Source of the DNA: Pristiophorus japonicus
Lineage: Eukaryota
NCBI RefSeq assembly: GCF_044704955.1
Contig: NC_091981.1
Span: forward strand, 196,974,001 to 197,038,000
Reading direction: 5' to 3'
Length of the DNA stretch: 64,000 nucleotides
Every line of letters begins with the position of its first letter. The stretch's first letter is position 1. The notes beneath the pieces are model-generated. The model did not search any database and was not told the DNA's origin. It saw only the letters and a list, made by a program, of their open reading frames with translations. Shown in pieces: positions 63,260 through 64,000 of this stretch. A program made the position numbers and the translations under genes.

Positions 63260-63711
63260 AAATACTAAGGAAGTTGGTAACTAGAGGGCAAATGTATCAT
63301 CAGTGTAAAGAATAAAAGGAGAAGTAAGCAGATTTTTTTAAATGCAAATTGTTATTGGGACATGAAATACCCTACCATAAACCATGGTGGAAACAGAAAC
63401 CATAATACCTTTTAAAAAGGAAGTGGATAAATATTTGAAAAATAAATAAAAGTGTACGGTTAAAGGGCAGGAGAAAGGAACTAAGTGAGTGGCTCTTTCA
63501 GAGAGCTGCTACAAGAGAGAGAGGCTGAATGGCCTCCTTCTGTATTGTGAAATTCTATTGAAGCTATTTTCACCTTCACCGCCTGGGAAGTAATCTGGAG
63601 GAGGGAATCCTTTGTAGACATCAATGGTATGAACATCAGACGGGCTCTATCATGGGTGGTCGATTGGCTCTGCTACATTAGTTCCTGGGCGATGAAATTA
63701 CCTCCGATAAT

Positions 63712-64000
63712 AAATAGGAGCAGGAGTAGGTCATATGGCCCCTCAAGCCCGCACTACCATTCAATAAGATCATGGCTGATCTGATCTTGCCCTCAGCTCT
63801 ACTTTCCTGCCTGTTCCCCATAACCCTGGACTCCCCTATAGTTCAAGAATCTGTCTATCAGGCTTAAATATATTCAATGACCCAGCCTCCACAGCTCTCT
63901 GGGGTAGAGAATTCCAAAGATTCATGACCTGTAAAAGAAGAAATTCCTCTTCATCTCCATCTTAAATGGGTGACCCCTTATTCTGAAACTGTGCCCCCTA
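63712..64000 (-). mobile_element. CR1 3' end, antisense, running off the window
   Basis: aataggagcaggagtagg...ccacagctctctggggtagagaattccaaaga. Confidence 0.85.

Noticed and set aside
1-64000. Prokaryotic systems (CRISPR arrays, retrons, operons) suggested by the many RT ORFs and repeats
   Set aside because: All RTs are eukaryotic LINE or LTR types, there is no repeat-spacer array, and the window is vertebrate intronic DNA.

Overview
Eukaryotic DNA, very probably from a cartilaginous fish (shark-type CR1, L2, SacSINE1-like and Penelope-associated repeats). The window lies inside two very large introns of a minus-strand CNTNAP2-like gene. Only one 201-bp coding exon is visible (32288-32488, equivalent to human CNTNAP2 exon 13). 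More than half of the window is transposon-derived and often nested: many CR1 LINE copies (one retains an SGNH-esterase ORF1), L2 and RTE LINEs, and two full-length Mag-type Ty3/Gypsy proviruses in opposite orientations with 5-bp TSDs. There is also a third decayed Gypsy, GGG-terminal 3-bp-TSD MITEs (PIF/Harbinger-like), TA-TSD Tigger/pogo-like MITEs and DeuSINEs. All TE ORFs are disrupted. The most notable non-coding signals are: (1) a family of short non-autonomous retroelements with a minimal type-I hammerhead-ribozyme motif, inverted ends and TSDs; (2) an initiator-tRNA-Met-derived head joined to a 5'-truncated CR1; (3) a 180-bp local inverted duplication; and (4) multi-layer nests that give relative TE ages. 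All family names come from recognition by eye, not from database searches.
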